From an uncultured Verrucomicrobiota bacterium (GTDB lineage: Bacteria > Verrucomicrobiota > Kiritimatiellia > RFP12 > UBA3636), in contig CASEAR010000117.1 in the NCBI GenBank assembly GCA_949285835.1, positions 302-64,301 of the forward strand: 64,000 bases of DNA, given 5' to 3'. Below the pieces are notes generated by a model, which was not told where the DNA came from, searched no databases, and was given only the letters and a program-made list of their open reading frames with translations. Of the stretch, positions 1 to 9,823 are shown piece by piece. How positions within the stretch are numbered: position 1 is the first letter of the stretch; each line of letters starts with the position of its first letter. Made by a program: the position numbers and the translations under genes.

Positions 1-156
1 ATGAACAACTGCGCAGAAATCAACCGTATAGACTTTTTCCGGATGGAGTGATACAATGTCATATTTGAGTTGCTTGTCTTAGACTTGCATCTCCCGCAGC
101 AGTTCGTGAGAATACTCTGCAAAATAAACGCGGGAAACAGGAAAGGGATTTTTTAC

Positions 157-801
157 ATGAAAAAAGAACATAAAACGGAAACACAAACCGAAGAAACCAG
201 GCCGGAGGAAACTCCGGAGACAAACGGCGTAACCGTGGAAGAGGACCAGTCTGTGGAAACCAAATCCGCCCCCGGCAATACGGATACTGCCAACAAAAAA
301 TCGGAGGAAGAGTCGGAATCCGCAGAAGTTGCCGCGGCAAAGTCTGAAATAGAAAAACTCCGCGACAGGCTTCTGAGGCTTCAGGCTGACTTTGACAATT
401 TCAGGAAGCGCGTGGCTCGTGAAAATCTTGAGCTCATAAAAAGCGCCAACGGTGAGCTCATAGAGTCGCTTCTTCCAGTGCTGGACCATTTCGGACATGC
501 TCTGGAGTCCATGGAGAAGACCGGAGGAGGAGCGCCGGAAGCGTATGCGGAAGGCGTCCGCATCATAAATTCCGAGCTCCTGCGGACTCTCGAGCATTTC
601 GGCCTCAGCCGTATTGACTGCGTCGGCAAAGAATTCGATGCAAATCTGCACGAGGCATTGTCCACCATGCCGGGAGGAAATGTAAAACCAGGATGCATTG
701 TTGCCGAAATACGCAAGGGATATACACTTAACGGTAAAGTTCTGCGCGCGCCTCAGGTGATTGTGGCGGCGGAGAATCCCGGCGAACCTGCGGAGGAATA
801 A
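157..801 (+). CDS. grpE: nucleotide exchange factor GrpE
   Basis: Same frame as track ORF 70..801. ATG at 157 is preceded by GGAAAGGGA. An acidic N-terminus is followed by the GrpE hallmark [22 protein letters not shown] and a C-terminal beta domain. Confidence 0.9.
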   Translation: MKKEHKTETQTEETRPEETPETNGVTVEEDQSVETKSAPGNTDTANKKSEEESESAEVAAAKSEIEKLRDRLLRLQADFDNFRKRVARENLELIKSANGELIESLLPVLDHFGHALESMEKTGGGAPEAYAEGVRIINSELLRTLEHFGLSRIDCVGKEFDANLHEALSTMPGGNVKPGCIVAEIRKGYTLNGKVLRAPQVIVAAENPGEPAEE

Positions 802-803
802 TC

Positions 804-2003
804 ATGGCTGAGCAAAAACAGGATTATTACGAGCTTCTGGGCGTATCTCGTTCGGCAACGCCGGACGAGATAAAAAAGGCCTACCGCAAACTCGCCATGA
901 AGTACCATCCCGACCACAACAAGGGGGACAAGAACGCGGAAGAAATGTTCAAAAACATTTCGGAAGCGTACGAGGTACTCAGCGATGAAAACAAGAGGCA
1001 GATGTACGACCGTTACGGTCACGAGGGGATGAAGTCCCAGTTCGGGCCGGGCGGGTTCGATTTTAGGCGCGACTTCACCCACGGCGCAGACCTCAACGAC
1101 ATCCTTAACAACATTTTCGGCGGAGGAGGAGGGAGCTTCTTCGGCGATATTTTCGGCGGGGCCGAAAGCTCCCAAAGAAGACAGCCGAACGGAGGGTCTG
1201 CCGCTGGAAACAACCTGCGCGTAGATCTCACAATAGACTTGGAGGAGGCCGTCTTCGGCTCCTCCAGGGAAATAGAGATTAAGACGAGCCGCGATTGTCC
1301 GGACTGCAAAGGTACCGGAGCCGCGGCCGGTACGACGCGTGAAACCTGCAGACACTGCAACGGCAGCGGAAGAATTGTTTCAGGACTCGGGTTCTTTAAC
1401 GTACAGCAGACGTGTCCGATATGCAACGGCGAAGGAACCGTCGTGAGAAAACCCTGCAAAACCTGCGGCGGCACCGGACGCAAACAGGAAAGAATGAAGA
1501 TTTCCGTCAAAATTCCCAAAGGCGTCGACGATGGGAACAGGATCCGCATCGCGGGCAAAGGGGAAGCCGGATACCGCGGCGGGCCAAGCGGGGACCTGTA
1601 CGTGAATCTCAGGCTGAAGCGCCACCCGCTGTTCGAACGGGACGGCGACAACCTTATCTGCACGGTTCCGGTACGTCCGGAAGTCCTTATTTCCGGAGGA
1701 GAAGCGAAAGTGCCGACTATAGACGGGTACGCGAAATTGAAGATTCCTGCCGGCACGCAAAGCGGGAAAATATTCAAATTGAGGGGCAAGGGATGCCCCA
1801 GTCTGAACGGACGCGACGTCGGAGATTTGATCGTCAGCGTAGCCGTGGAAATTCCAACACGGCTGAATTCCGCTCAGAAAAAAGCCATTCTGGACTTTCA
1901 AAACGCTTCGGAAGCGTCGCAGTATGCCGAGGAAAAACAGTTTGAGGAACTTGGCAAACGTTTCCTCGAACGCAGGGATCAGCTGCGAGCCTCGTCAAAA
2001 TAA
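804..2003 (+). CDS. dnaJ: molecular chaperone DnaJ (J domain, G/F-rich region, four CxxCxGxG zinc-finger repeats)
   Basis: N-terminus [31 protein letters not shown] with an HPD motif, a Gly/Phe-rich linker, CPDCKGTG...CRHCNGSG...CPICNGEG...[16 protein letters not shown] at 792-797. It starts 3 nt after the grpE stop. Confidence 0.95.
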   Translation: MAEQKQDYYELLGVSRSATPDEIKKAYRKLAMKYHPDHNKGDKNAEEMFKNISEAYEVLSDENKRQMYDRYGHEGMKSQFGPGGFDFRRDFTHGADLNDILNNIFGGGGGSFFGDIFGGAESSQRRQPNGGSAAGNNLRVDLTIDLEEAVFGSSREIEIKTSRDCPDCKGTGAAAGTTRETCRHCNGSGRIVSGLGFFNVQQTCPICNGEGTVVRKPCKTCGGTGRKQERMKISVKIPKGVDDGNRIRIAGKGEAGYRGGPSGDLYVNLRLKRHPLFERDGDNLICTVPVRPEVLISGGEAKVPTIDGYAKLKIPAGTQSGKIFKLRGKGCPSLNGRDVGDLIVSVAVEIPTRLNSAQKKAILDFQNASEASQYAEEKQFEELGKRFLERRDQLRASSK

Positions 2004-2021
2004 CCAGTCTACCCGGCTGCA

Positions 2022-2765
2022 ATGCATCGTATTCTGCACAAAACACTTGAAGAAGAGACTTCAAGCTGCATCCTTGATGCAGAAGCTTCGCATCATCTCA
2101 CCGCCGTCCTGCGCGCACGCGTGGGCGATGCGCTGACGCTGACAAACGGCAATGGGCTGTCGCGCCGCGCCGTGTATGAGGGCAGCGAGGGCAGACGCGT
2201 TCGATGCAGGTTCACGTCCGATGCGGAGAGATCTCCCCGCGAAACGCCCGAAATTATCCTCTTCCAGTGTATCGCCAAATCTGCCAGAATGGACTGGCTT
2301 GTCGAAAAAGCGGCCGAGATGGGTGTTTCCAGGATAGTTCCGCTGATTTCGCGAAGATGCTCTGTCAAACTCCGCCCCGGAGAACGGGTGGACCGATGGG
2401 CAAGAATCGCCGTCTCCGCTCTGGAACAATGCGATTCCCCTTTTTTGACGGAAGTCTGCGAACCTCAATATTTCTCCGACGCCGTTGGCCGCGGCGTGCC
2501 TGCGTTCTCGCTTGCGGGAATAATCGGCGGCAATTCCCTTCCAATACTTTCGGCATTGGCAGGCATGAGGACTGCCCCGGAACGCATACACTGGTTCGTG
2601 GGCCCTGAAGGGGATTTCGATCCCGAAGAATCGGCGGCGCTCATAAATGGAGGCGCCGTGCCTGTGAGCCTTGGCAAAAACATTCTCAGGGTCGAGACCG
2701 CCGCATTGTTCGGGATATCCGCAATAAAGGCATTCTGTGATCTGAAAAAAAAGCGGGACGCCTGA
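2022..2765 (+). CDS. rsmE: 16S rRNA (uracil1498-N3)-methyltransferase RsmE family
   Basis: 247 aa. PUA-like N-terminus with the RsmE pattern (HHL..VLR...GD.L.L.NG.G), a C-terminal SPOUT-type fold, and position directly after dnaJ, as in many genomes. Confidence 0.8.
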   Translation: MHRILHKTLEEETSSCILDAEASHHLTAVLRARVGDALTLTNGNGLSRRAVYEGSEGRRVRCRFTSDAERSPRETPEIILFQCIAKSARMDWLVEKAAEMGVSRIVPLISRRCSVKLRPGERVDRWARIAVSALEQCDSPFLTEVCEPQYFSDAVGRGVPAFSLAGIIGGNSLPILSALAGMRTAPERIHWFVGPEGDFDPEESAALINGGAVPVSLGKNILRVETAALFGISAIKAFCDLKKKRDA

Positions 2766-2862
2766 CTGAGTTTCAGCGTAAAGCGCCACTGGGGCCCCGA
2801 CACCGGCAGAATCCGCAAGGCGTTTTCCTCAGCCGACCGGCATGGGTGTTTCTCACATGCTG

Positions 2863-3792
2863 TCAGCGCCATAAAGACGGGGCGCCCAATGACAAGGCCA
2901 GAAAGAACGCAATAATGCGCACTGCGTTTCTCAGGACGGAGCCCGCCCGCGCGGGGTGCGGATTTTCCACGCCGTCGTCCGAACGCTCAATGTGCACATC
3001 CGCAATCAGGCCCGCACCGTCTTCCACCCTGAGCGCTGGACCCGAGAAAGACCCTTCCAGAAACCCTCCGGCGCTGATGGATGCGGAGCACGACACCTGT
3101 ATCGACGACTTTACGTGCCCGTTTACAAGCAAATTTTCACAAATCAGCTCATCAAGCACAACGCTCTCCCCGGAGGCAATTTCCACCTCTGTATTCCTGC
3201 CGCCAAGCGACCCGCTGCGCAGTTTGCAGCCGGACCTCAAAACAAGCTTCTCCATAAAATTCAGAGAGCCAGTATTAGAGACATCCCCGCTGACAAATAT
3301 GCATCTTCCGGTTATTTTCGCCCCGTCGTCGAACCTCGCATCAGACATAATCCTGACATCGCCTATCGTTTCGACATCGCCAGAATACGGGCCTGACACC
3401 ATAACGTCCCCCGTCTTGAGCTTGCTCTTGCACTTCGGACAAAATGGATCGCGGAGCATACCGGTGACCGTATGCGAATACCCGCACACATAGCACACCA
3501 CGGTGCGGCGCGACGGCATCGTGCGCACTCCGGATACATTCTCCATCCCGGAAGTGCGCGGCTCCGGGTGCGGCCCCGATGCCCCGGCATCTGACGGCGG
3601 CACAGAAGTCGGCACCGCGCCAGGCCGGATCACGCGCAACGGGTTTTCAGCGTGCGTCGGAGCCGCGGTTTTCTCCTGCGGCTCCGGCTCCGCACTCACG
3701 GTACGCGCGCGCGCCCGGCCGCGTTCCGCGGCGTGTTTCACCGCCTGAACGGAAGTAAAACCGTCTATTATGCCAGACTTGCGCGCGCTCAT
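2863..3792 (-). CDS. bactofilin-domain protein with N-terminal Pro-rich region, CxxC...CxxC zinc ribbon and C-terminal hydrophobic tail
   Basis: 309 aa. CYVCGYSHTVTGMLRDPFCPKC zinc-ribbon, then a bactofilin/DUF583-like beta-helical region (GDV..SG...GDVE..GDVRI.., later GHVKSSIQVSC). Terminal segment VRIIAFFLALSLGAPSLWR is hydrophobic. Confidence 0.6.
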   Translation of the reverse strand: MSARKSGIIDGFTSVQAVKHAAERGRARARTVSAEPEPQEKTAAPTHAENPLRVIRPGAVPTSVPPSDAGASGPHPEPRTSGMENVSGVRTMPSRRTVVCYVCGYSHTVTGMLRDPFCPKCKSKLKTGDVMVSGPYSGDVETIGDVRIMSDARFDDGAKITGRCIFVSGDVSNTGSLNFMEKLVLRSGCKLRSGSLGGRNTEVEIASGESVVLDELICENLLVNGHVKSSIQVSCSASISAGGFLEGSFSGPALRVEDGAGLIADVHIERSDDGVENPHPARAGSVLRNAVRIIAFFLALSLGAPSLWR

Positions 3793-3845
3793 ACCCTATG
3801 CGAAATGCGAATCAATCTGCCTTGAAACACGCTCTTCTGTAGAGA

Positions 3846-4265
3846 TCAGCCTCTTCTTTGAGGATCCTGCTGCGGCGCGGCCGACTGCGGCAAAGGAGCA
3901 GGGCTTCCTCCCGGCATCCCTTCGGCGGACACGCCGGACGGATTCACCTCGGATTTGCCTATGAAAGTCACACCATCCTCCACTGTAAGCCGTTTGGCCC
4001 TTATGTCGCCATGAACACGCGCCGTACTCTTCATCTCTATCCTGTCCTTGGCCGTGATGTTGCCTTGAACAGTCCCGTTTATAGACACCGCCTCCACCGT
4101 GATGTTCCCCTTAACCACGGCCGACTTCCCGATCACCGCGACTCCGTTGCAGAAAAGATCTCCCACAAGCCTTCCATCCAGCTGTATCTGGCTGGAACAC
4201 TTGATACTCCCGGTTATCTCTATATCGTCGCCTATAATCGTTTTTGATACTTTATCTGCTTCCAT
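3846..4265 (-). CDS. bactofilin (CcmA/DUF583 family polymer-forming cytoskeletal protein)
   Basis: 139 aa. Canonical bactofilin repeats: IGDDIEITGSIKCSSQIQLDGRLVGDL...GKSAVVKGNITVEAVSINGTVQGNITAKDRIEMKSTARVHGDI. Gly/Pro-rich C-terminal tail. Confidence 0.8.
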   Translation of the reverse strand: MEADKVSKTIIGDDIEITGSIKCSSQIQLDGRLVGDLFCNGVAVIGKSAVVKGNITVEAVSINGTVQGNITAKDRIEMKSTARVHGDIRAKRLTVEDGVTFIGKSEVNPSGVSAEGMPGGSPAPLPQSAAPQQDPQRRG

Positions 4266-4317
4266 TTTGTTGCTCCGTTCCTCTTTTACGGTTTTTGTTT
4301 TGCAAAATCATTTTACA

Positions 4318-5376
4318 TCATGGGAAAAATGACGGATGCTCCAGCCCCGTCGTTTCCGGCAGACCGAAAAGCAGGTTCATATTCTGCAGCGCAGAACCCG
4401 CCTGCCCCTTCATCAGATTGTCTATGTAGGAAACTATGCGCATCCTGTTCACACGCCGGTCCACACTCACCACAATATTGGTGTAGTTTGTACCCCGCAC
4501 ATGCATAGAGCCCACGGGTGCCGTCGATGGCAGAACACGCACAAAAACGCTGTCTTTGTAAAACTCGCGGTATACCGAAACCAGGTCTTCCTCACTCACC
4601 GGCGAAACCAAATCCGCATACAGACACGACATTATGCCGCGGCAGACCGGAACCACCTGCGCCGTAAAAGTGACCTTCACATCCTCGCCGTTCAGCAGCC
4701 TGAGCTCGCGCTCTATCTCGCACACGTGCTGGTGCCCCGCCAGCTTGTAGGCGTTCATCATTTCGTAGCGATTTGGATAATGGAACGAGGAAGACAGCTT
4801 CTTGCCGGCTCCGGATATCCCGGATTTGCAGTCGCATATCACAGAATCCGGCCTGAACAGCTTCGCCGCCGCCGCAGGCGCAAGGCCGAGAATACAGCTT
4901 ATTGCAAAACATCCCGGATTACCCACTATCCTGCGCTCCGGAGTAATCTCGCGCCGGTGAAGCTCGGGAGCCCCGTATACCGACAGAGGCAGGAGCTCAG
5001 GAGAATCGTGAACCGGATTCTTTCCTATCCTCTGCGCATATTCCGCATACTCGGACGCAGAATTAAAACGGAAATCCCCGCTGTAGTCTATCACCTTTGC
5101 CCCGCGCTCAAGTTCCGCCCCGGCGCTCTTCATCCCCACTCGATCCGGCGTGGCCATAAACACAACGTCCACCGGCTCCAGAGCCTCCGCATCTTCGGGG
5201 GAATGCACAACCTTGTCGCAAAAACCGGTCAGATGCGGCCATATTTCAGAAATCGGCTTCCCGACGCTCTCCAGCGCGACCAGCGTCGTTATCTCAGCCT
5301 GAGGATGACGCAGCAGCAATTCAATTATGCCTATGCCTCCATAGCCGCTGGCGCCCACCACCTTCACCTTTATCAT
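4318..5376 (-). CDS. argC: N-acetyl-gamma-glutamyl-phosphate reductase
   Basis: MIKVKVVGASGYGGIGIIELL Rossmann N-terminus, catalytic CDCKSGISGAGKK motif. ATG at 5376 is chosen inside track ORF 4318..5475. Confidence 0.9.
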   Translation of the reverse strand: MIKVKVVGASGYGGIGIIELLLRHPQAEITTLVALESVGKPISEIWPHLTGFCDKVVHSPEDAEALEPVDVVFMATPDRVGMKSAGAELERGAKVIDYSGDFRFNSASEYAEYAQRIGKNPVHDSPELLPLSVYGAPELHRREITPERRIVGNPGCFAISCILGLAPAAAAKLFRPDSVICDCKSGISGAGKKLSSSFHYPNRYEMMNAYKLAGHQHVCEIERELRLLNGEDVKVTFTAQVVPVCRGIMSCLYADLVSPVSEEDLVSVYREFYKDSVFVRVLPSTAPVGSMHVRGTNYTNIVVSVDRRVNRMRIVSYIDNLMKGQAGSALQNMNLLFGLPETTGLEHPSFFP

Positions 5377-5533
5377 AACAATCGATTCCTCCGTAAACAA
5401 AACACGCGCGCCGCAAACAAGCGCACTCAAAACGCTATACTCAACCGGCCTAAATTCTGTACTGCGTCCGTCCAAATGTCAAACTATAATTAAACTCTTG
5501 ATAAACGCCGCCCCGATATGCTAAAAGAAAAAC

Positions 5534-6262
5534 ATGGACATACTTCCGGCAATAGACTTGAAAGAAGGCCGCTGCGTCAGACTGAGGCAGGGACGGGCCG
5601 AGGAAACCACCGTATATTTCGAAGATCCCGTAGAGGCCGCGCTTAAGTGGCAGTCGCTTGGAGCGGTGATGCTCCATGTCGTGGATCTCACAGGCGCGTT
5701 CAACGGACGCCCGTTTCACACGGAGGTGTTCCGCAGGATTGCCGGAGACGTGGGCATTCCGTTCGAAGTCGGAGGCGGGCTCAGAACCGATGCCGATGTA
5801 GAAGAAGTGCTCGAAGCCGGAGCGTCCAGAGTCATATTGGGAACGCGCGCCGTTTCCGACATGGAGGCCGTCAGGGCGCTTGCGGCCGCATTCCATGAAA
5901 AAATAGCGGTCGGGATCGATGCACGCGGCGGGTTCGTTCAAGTCAACGGGTGGGTTGAAACAACGACCGTACCGGCCGTGACCCTCGCGAAAAAAGTAAG
6001 GGATGCCGGTGTGCGCACCATAATATACACGGACACTGCCACGGACGGGATGCTCTCCGGTTTAAACCTCAAGGCCCTTGCTGAGATTGCCGACGCGGTA
6101 CCTGAAGTGTCGGTGATCGCCTCCGGGGGGGTGCGCACTTCGTCGGATGTCGCAGGCCTGCGCAATCTCCGCAGGAAAAACATCTCCGGCGTGATTATAG
6201 GCAAGGCTCTGTACGAGGGGACCGCCAATCTTTCCGAATGCATGGCAGAGGCTGCTCTGTAA
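5534..6262 (+). CDS. hisA: phosphoribosylformimino-5-aminoimidazole carboxamide ribotide isomerase HisA (or bifunctional HisA/TrpF PriA-type)
   Basis: MDILPAIDLKEGRCVRL...VVDLTGA...EVGGGLR...ASGGV, the typical HisA (beta-alpha)8 phosphate-binding motifs. 242 aa. Confidence 0.85.
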   Translation: MDILPAIDLKEGRCVRLRQGRAEETTVYFEDPVEAALKWQSLGAVMLHVVDLTGAFNGRPFHTEVFRRIAGDVGIPFEVGGGLRTDADVEEVLEAGASRVILGTRAVSDMEAVRALAAAFHEKIAVGIDARGGFVQVNGWVETTTVPAVTLAKKVRDAGVRTIIYTDTATDGMLSGLNLKALAEIADAVPEVSVIASGGVRTSSDVAGLRNLRRKNISGVIIGKALYEGTANLSECMAEAAL

Positions 6263-7977
6263 TGTCGCATTCTCAGAAATGGACTATCGCCGAGTGCGAC
6301 TGTGATTCCGTCGCCGAGCTTTCGCGTGGGTTGAGGGTGTCGCCACTTCTCGCCAGATGCCTTGCCGCAAGAGGGCTGCTGCAAAGCGATAAAGCAAAAG
6401 AGTTTCTGCTTGCGCCTCTGTCAGCGCTGCCGCTTCCCGAATCACTTCCCGGAATTCAAACCGCCGGAGATCGGATCGTCAAGGCCGTCACGGACGGCGT
6501 CTTCATATCTGTATTCGGTGATTTCGACACAGACGGCATCACTGCCGCCGTCATCGTCCACCGCATGATTGAATTCCTCGGAGGACATTCCGGAGTTTTC
6601 TTCCCGGACAGAAAACTGGAGGGATACGGATTCTCACCGAAGGCGTTTGAACGCTGCCTGAGCAAATTCCCGGCCACCGGACTCATCGTCACCGTCGATT
6701 GCGGCATTGTAAACGCCGATACGTGCTCTCTGGCTGCGGAACGCGGTCTCTCCGTAATCGTTACCGACCACCATGAGCCCAACAACCGCATTCCCGCCGA
6801 CGCCGATGCCGTCGTAGACCCACACCTGCCAGGAACGCCTGAAAAAATGCGGAACCTATGCGGCGCAGGAGTTGCCTTCACCTTGGCGCACCGTCTCGCC
6901 CGTTCCATCCCTGACGCCGTAAAACGCGCCGAAGCGGTCAAAGGACTGCTCCCTCTGGCGGCTGTCGGTACGGTCGCCGACATGGTTCCTTTAACCGGTG
7001 AAAACCGCATTATCGTAAAAAACGGACTCAAGCTCATAAACAACCGTATCTGCCCGGGAATAAATTCACTGAAAAAAACCGTCGGAATAAACGGCAAACT
7101 CTCCTCCACAAAAATAGCTTTCGCCATCGCCCCGATGATGAACGCCGCCGGAAGGATCGGCAGCCCCGACGTTGCCGCCGCGCTTCTCGAAAGCTCCTGC
7201 CCGGAGACTTCTGAAATACTTGCCGCCGTCCTTAACGATTTCAACAGAGTCAGAAGAAAACTTGAGCATGAAGCTTCCGCAAAGGCAATGGAAATGGCCG
7301 CCGCGGCACTGTCCAGACACTGCCACGCTGTGGTTCTCCACTCTCCGGACTGGCACCCGGGAATACTCGGGCTGGTGGCCTCGAGAATATCCAAAGCGCT
7401 GAATGTTCCGGCCATAGCCCTGTCGCACGAAGAAAACGGCATGCTTCACGGATCAGCGCGCATCCCGGATCATCCGAGGGCAAGCATTCTCTCCATGCTT
7501 TCAAAATGCCCCGGACTCATAGAAGAGTATGGAGGACACCGTATCGCGGCCGGGCTTTCAATAAGTCCGAAAAATCTGGAAAAATTCAAAGACGCGTTTG
7601 ACGAAGCCGCAAAACTCGAATCCGAAGCGCCTTATGTGGATGAAACCGTCATTGACGCAGAAATCAAACCGGCGGATGTAACCGCCGAAATCTGTTCGGA
7701 GCTCAACATGCTGGAACCTTTCGGCATGTGCAATCCCCTGCCCGTGTTTCTTCTCAAAAACGTCACATTATCCTCCGATCCGGTCGTTCTGGGCCGACGC
7801 GCCGACACATGGAAATTCGGGTTCCGTGAGCTTGCAGCGGCAGGAATAATGTTTCACACATCTGAAAAACCGGACATGCATGCAGGCGACACCATCGACA
7901 TGGCGGTTTCACTGAGTCTGGACATATACGGAGCGCCGGAATTAATAATACAATCGGCGAAGCAGGTCTCCACCTGA
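6262..7977 (+). CDS. recJ: single-stranded-DNA-specific exonuclease RecJ
   Basis: DHH motifs (FGDFDTDGITAAVIV, VTDHHEP), a DHHA1 region GGHRIAAG, and a C-terminal OB-like domain. ATG at 6262 overlaps the hisA stop (TAATG). The track ORF begins at 6238. Confidence 0.9.
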   Translation: MSHSQKWTIAECDCDSVAELSRGLRVSPLLARCLAARGLLQSDKAKEFLLAPLSALPLPESLPGIQTAGDRIVKAVTDGVFISVFGDFDTDGITAAVIVHRMIEFLGGHSGVFFPDRKLEGYGFSPKAFERCLSKFPATGLIVTVDCGIVNADTCSLAAERGLSVIVTDHHEPNNRIPADADAVVDPHLPGTPEKMRNLCGAGVAFTLAHRLARSIPDAVKRAEAVKGLLPLAAVGTVADMVPLTGENRIIVKNGLKLINNRICPGINSLKKTVGINGKLSSTKIAFAIAPMMNAAGRIGSPDVAAALLESSCPETSEILAAVLNDFNRVRRKLEHEASAKAMEMAAAALSRHCHAVVLHSPDWHPGILGLVASRISKALNVPAIALSHEENGMLHGSARIPDHPRASILSMLSKCPGLIEEYGGHRIAAGLSISPKNLEKFKDAFDEAAKLESEAPYVDETVIDAEIKPADVTAEICSELNMLEPFGMCNPLPVFLLKNVTLSSDPVVLGRRADTWKFGFRELAAAGIMFHTSEKPDMHAGDTIDMAVSLSLDIYGAPELIIQSAKQVST

Positions 7978-8007
7978 TCTGATCAATCCGGCCTTGGCGC
8001 GCCATTG

Positions 8008-8250
8008 CGCACAGGACGCGGACGCACAAGCCACAACCGTACAGGACACCGGCCCACAACCGCGCCGCACAGGACGCGAATACACAAGCCGCCACCGAGA
8101 ATCTCTTACGTCCACCGCAAGGCCGCTCCCCGCTCATCTGTCCGCCGCATTGGCGCGCATGTGGCATCGTGCACACACAACCGCGCCGCGCAGGATGCTG
8201 CCGCATTGGCGAACACTCACGTGGTGTCGCGCACACACAGCCGCAATGGC
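8008..8250. repeat. degenerate direct repeats in the recJ downstream intergenic region
   Basis: CGCACAGGACGCG..CACAAGCC.C.ACCG occurs at about 8009 and 8066. CCGCATTGGCG...GCGCACACACA.CCGC occurs at about 8146 and 8203. Imperfect and of unequal spacing. Confidence 0.5.
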
Positions 8251-8371
8251 GGGCACGCAAGATGTCGCGCACGCGCATTACGAGAGCGGTGCGCGACATG
8301 CAAAACCGCGCTTCGTACGAACCCTCCAAGGCCCGGTACACAGTCTTGCTTCTAAAAACCCGGTTGCGGCG

Positions 8372-9823
8372 TTACAGCAGCCTGAAAGAATGAAGCTGCA
8401 TGGGCCGGGAGTTCAGGCGCAATACAATTGAGCCGTCTTCAACCGCACACTTTATGGTTTCGCCTGTAACCAGATCCTCCAATGAAGCAGACTTGCCGGA
8501 ACCTGTGTAGGGAATGCGGAGCACAAGGTCTTTCCCCTTGTACCCTTTGTATCCCACGCCGATATATTTGGACTTCCCGACCTCATACACGCGCAGTTTG
8601 ACGTCCGCGTCGCCCTGCGGCACCTCGAGGCCTTCCACCGCCGGAAGGGCAAGAAAAGCCTGAGCAAAACGCCGGTGCGCATCAGCGAAGCCGCGCGCAT
8701 ACGTGTAAACCGTAAAGTTGATCGTAACGGCGTCTGAATAGAACCATGAAAGGAGTTCCAGTGCCATCGAGAAATCGGGGCCGCCCGGCACAATCATATT
8801 GCCTTCGTACTTCGGATTGATCACACGCGACCCGATTTCGTCGTACGACACCATATGGCTGACGGCGCACCCGTCGTGTGTCTTGAAGTACTCGAAGTAC
8901 TCCGGCATATCCGCGTAGCATTTGTAGTTCACCGGCGCGAATATCTCGACGCCGGGAATGTCTTTGTACAGCTCGGGCCGTATGCCGATATCCGCACGGT
9001 TGATGCCGTTGAAAGCGCGCCCGAAATTCCCGGAATGCAAAACGTATTTGTAGTCATTGACCGTAAGTGACTTACGTATCTCGCGCTCTTTCTCATACGC
9101 CGCTCTACCGCCCTCCGGCGCCGGTTTGACAACACTTGAAACAAACGCCCAGGCCGTCAGGTCGGGCTCCACAATCCCGAACTTGTCCATATCCCAGTTG
9201 AGATAATACAACTGCATGTCCGGATTTGCACTGCGCAGATACTCGACAATTTTGGCGTGAAATGCCGCACGTTTTTCATGCCACCAGGTATCGTAGGCAT
9301 CTTTGCATTCGCCGGAGGCCCATGCCGCCCACTGCTCATATCTGCCGCCGGGCAAAGGAGTGCCGGTCTCCTCCGAGAACATCTTGATGTCGTCAGCGCC
9401 GTAACTTACCGGCGTACGGTTGCACCTTATCCTCCAATGTATTCCCTTCATCTGGGGATATTTCTTCGCATACGGCATTATCTGTTTGTCCAGATAGCGC
9501 TTAAAGTCCTCCCATGTCTCGGGATGGAGGATATTGGCGCACCATCTGGCGAAGCGGTTCGGTTTGGCAGGCTTCCCATCGGAACCAATGGCGCGTGCTT
9601 CCTCCGGAAGGAGATTGGAGCCGCCCCACTCTATGCGCGGGATGTAGTCGATCCCCAGCTCCTTGGTAGCCTCCAAATACCGCAGATGCTGGGACTTCAG
9701 CCCGGGATACGGCGGAGCCGCCTTTTTGCCCTCGCGTAATCCCGATGCACCCAGTAGTCGCGAGGATCTATCTGCATGGTGTCGTACCCATCGATGGCCT
9801 CTCCATAATTGGCGAACGCCCAC
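8372..9823 (-). CDS. C-terminal part of the same glycoside-hydrolase-like gene (frameshifted or pseudogene)
   Basis: 483-aa ORF lacking an independent N-terminal signal. It overlaps the upstream ORF by 127 nt in another frame. The first ~45 aa look non-coding (Arg/Trp-rich), consistent with a frameshift near an A5/T5 run at about 9713-9720. Confidence 0.5.
   Translation of the reverse strand: MGVRQLWRGHRWVRHHADRSSRLLGASGLREGKKAAPPYPGLKSQHLRYLEATKELGIDYIPRIEWGGSNLLPEEARAIGSDGKPAKPNRFARWCANILHPETWEDFKRYLDKQIMPYAKKYPQMKGIHWRIRCNRTPVSYGADDIKMFSEETGTPLPGGRYEQWAAWASGECKDAYDTWWHEKRAAFHAKIVEYLRSANPDMQLYYLNWDMDKFGIVEPDLTAWAFVSSVVKPAPEGGRAAYEKEREIRKSLTVNDYKYVLHSGNFGRAFNGINRADIGIRPELYKDIPGVEIFAPVNYKCYADMPEYFEYFKTHDGCAVSHMVSYDEIGSRVINPKYEGNMIVPGGPDFSMALELLSWFYSDAVTINFTVYTYARGFADAHRRFAQAFLALPAVEGLEVPQGDADVKLRVYEVGKSKYIGVGYKGYKGKDLVLRIPYTGSGKSASLEDLVTGETIKCAVEDGSIVLRLNSRPMQLHSFRLL

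Noticed and set aside
1-51. 16-codon ORF at the window start (MNNCAEINRIDFFRME)
   Set aside because: Probably the 3' end of an upstream gene truncated by the window. It is too short to call.
60-160. CIRCE (HrcA operator) or sigma32 promoter upstream of grpE
   Set aside because: I could not find the TTAGCACTC-N9-GAGTGCTAA inverted repeat or a convincing CTTGAAA..CCCCATNT pair. Only weak partial matches were present.
4336-5493. 385-aa plus-strand ORF antisense to argC. Similar long antisense ORFs lie at 9892..11010, 11254..12030, 12151..13059, 19601..21043, 21530..22705, 23228..24514, 28135..29043, 32595..33602, 34458..35864 and 59104..59946.
   Set aside because: These are shadow ORFs typical of high-GC DNA. 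Their translations are Arg/Pro/His-rich low complexity with no recognisable motifs, and each is fully covered by a well-supported gene on the other strand.
7985-8300. Possible CRISPR array in the GC-rich repeat region
   Set aside because: The repeats are imperfect, of different families and irregularly spaced. There are no regular 28-37 nt repeat/spacer units and no cas genes.
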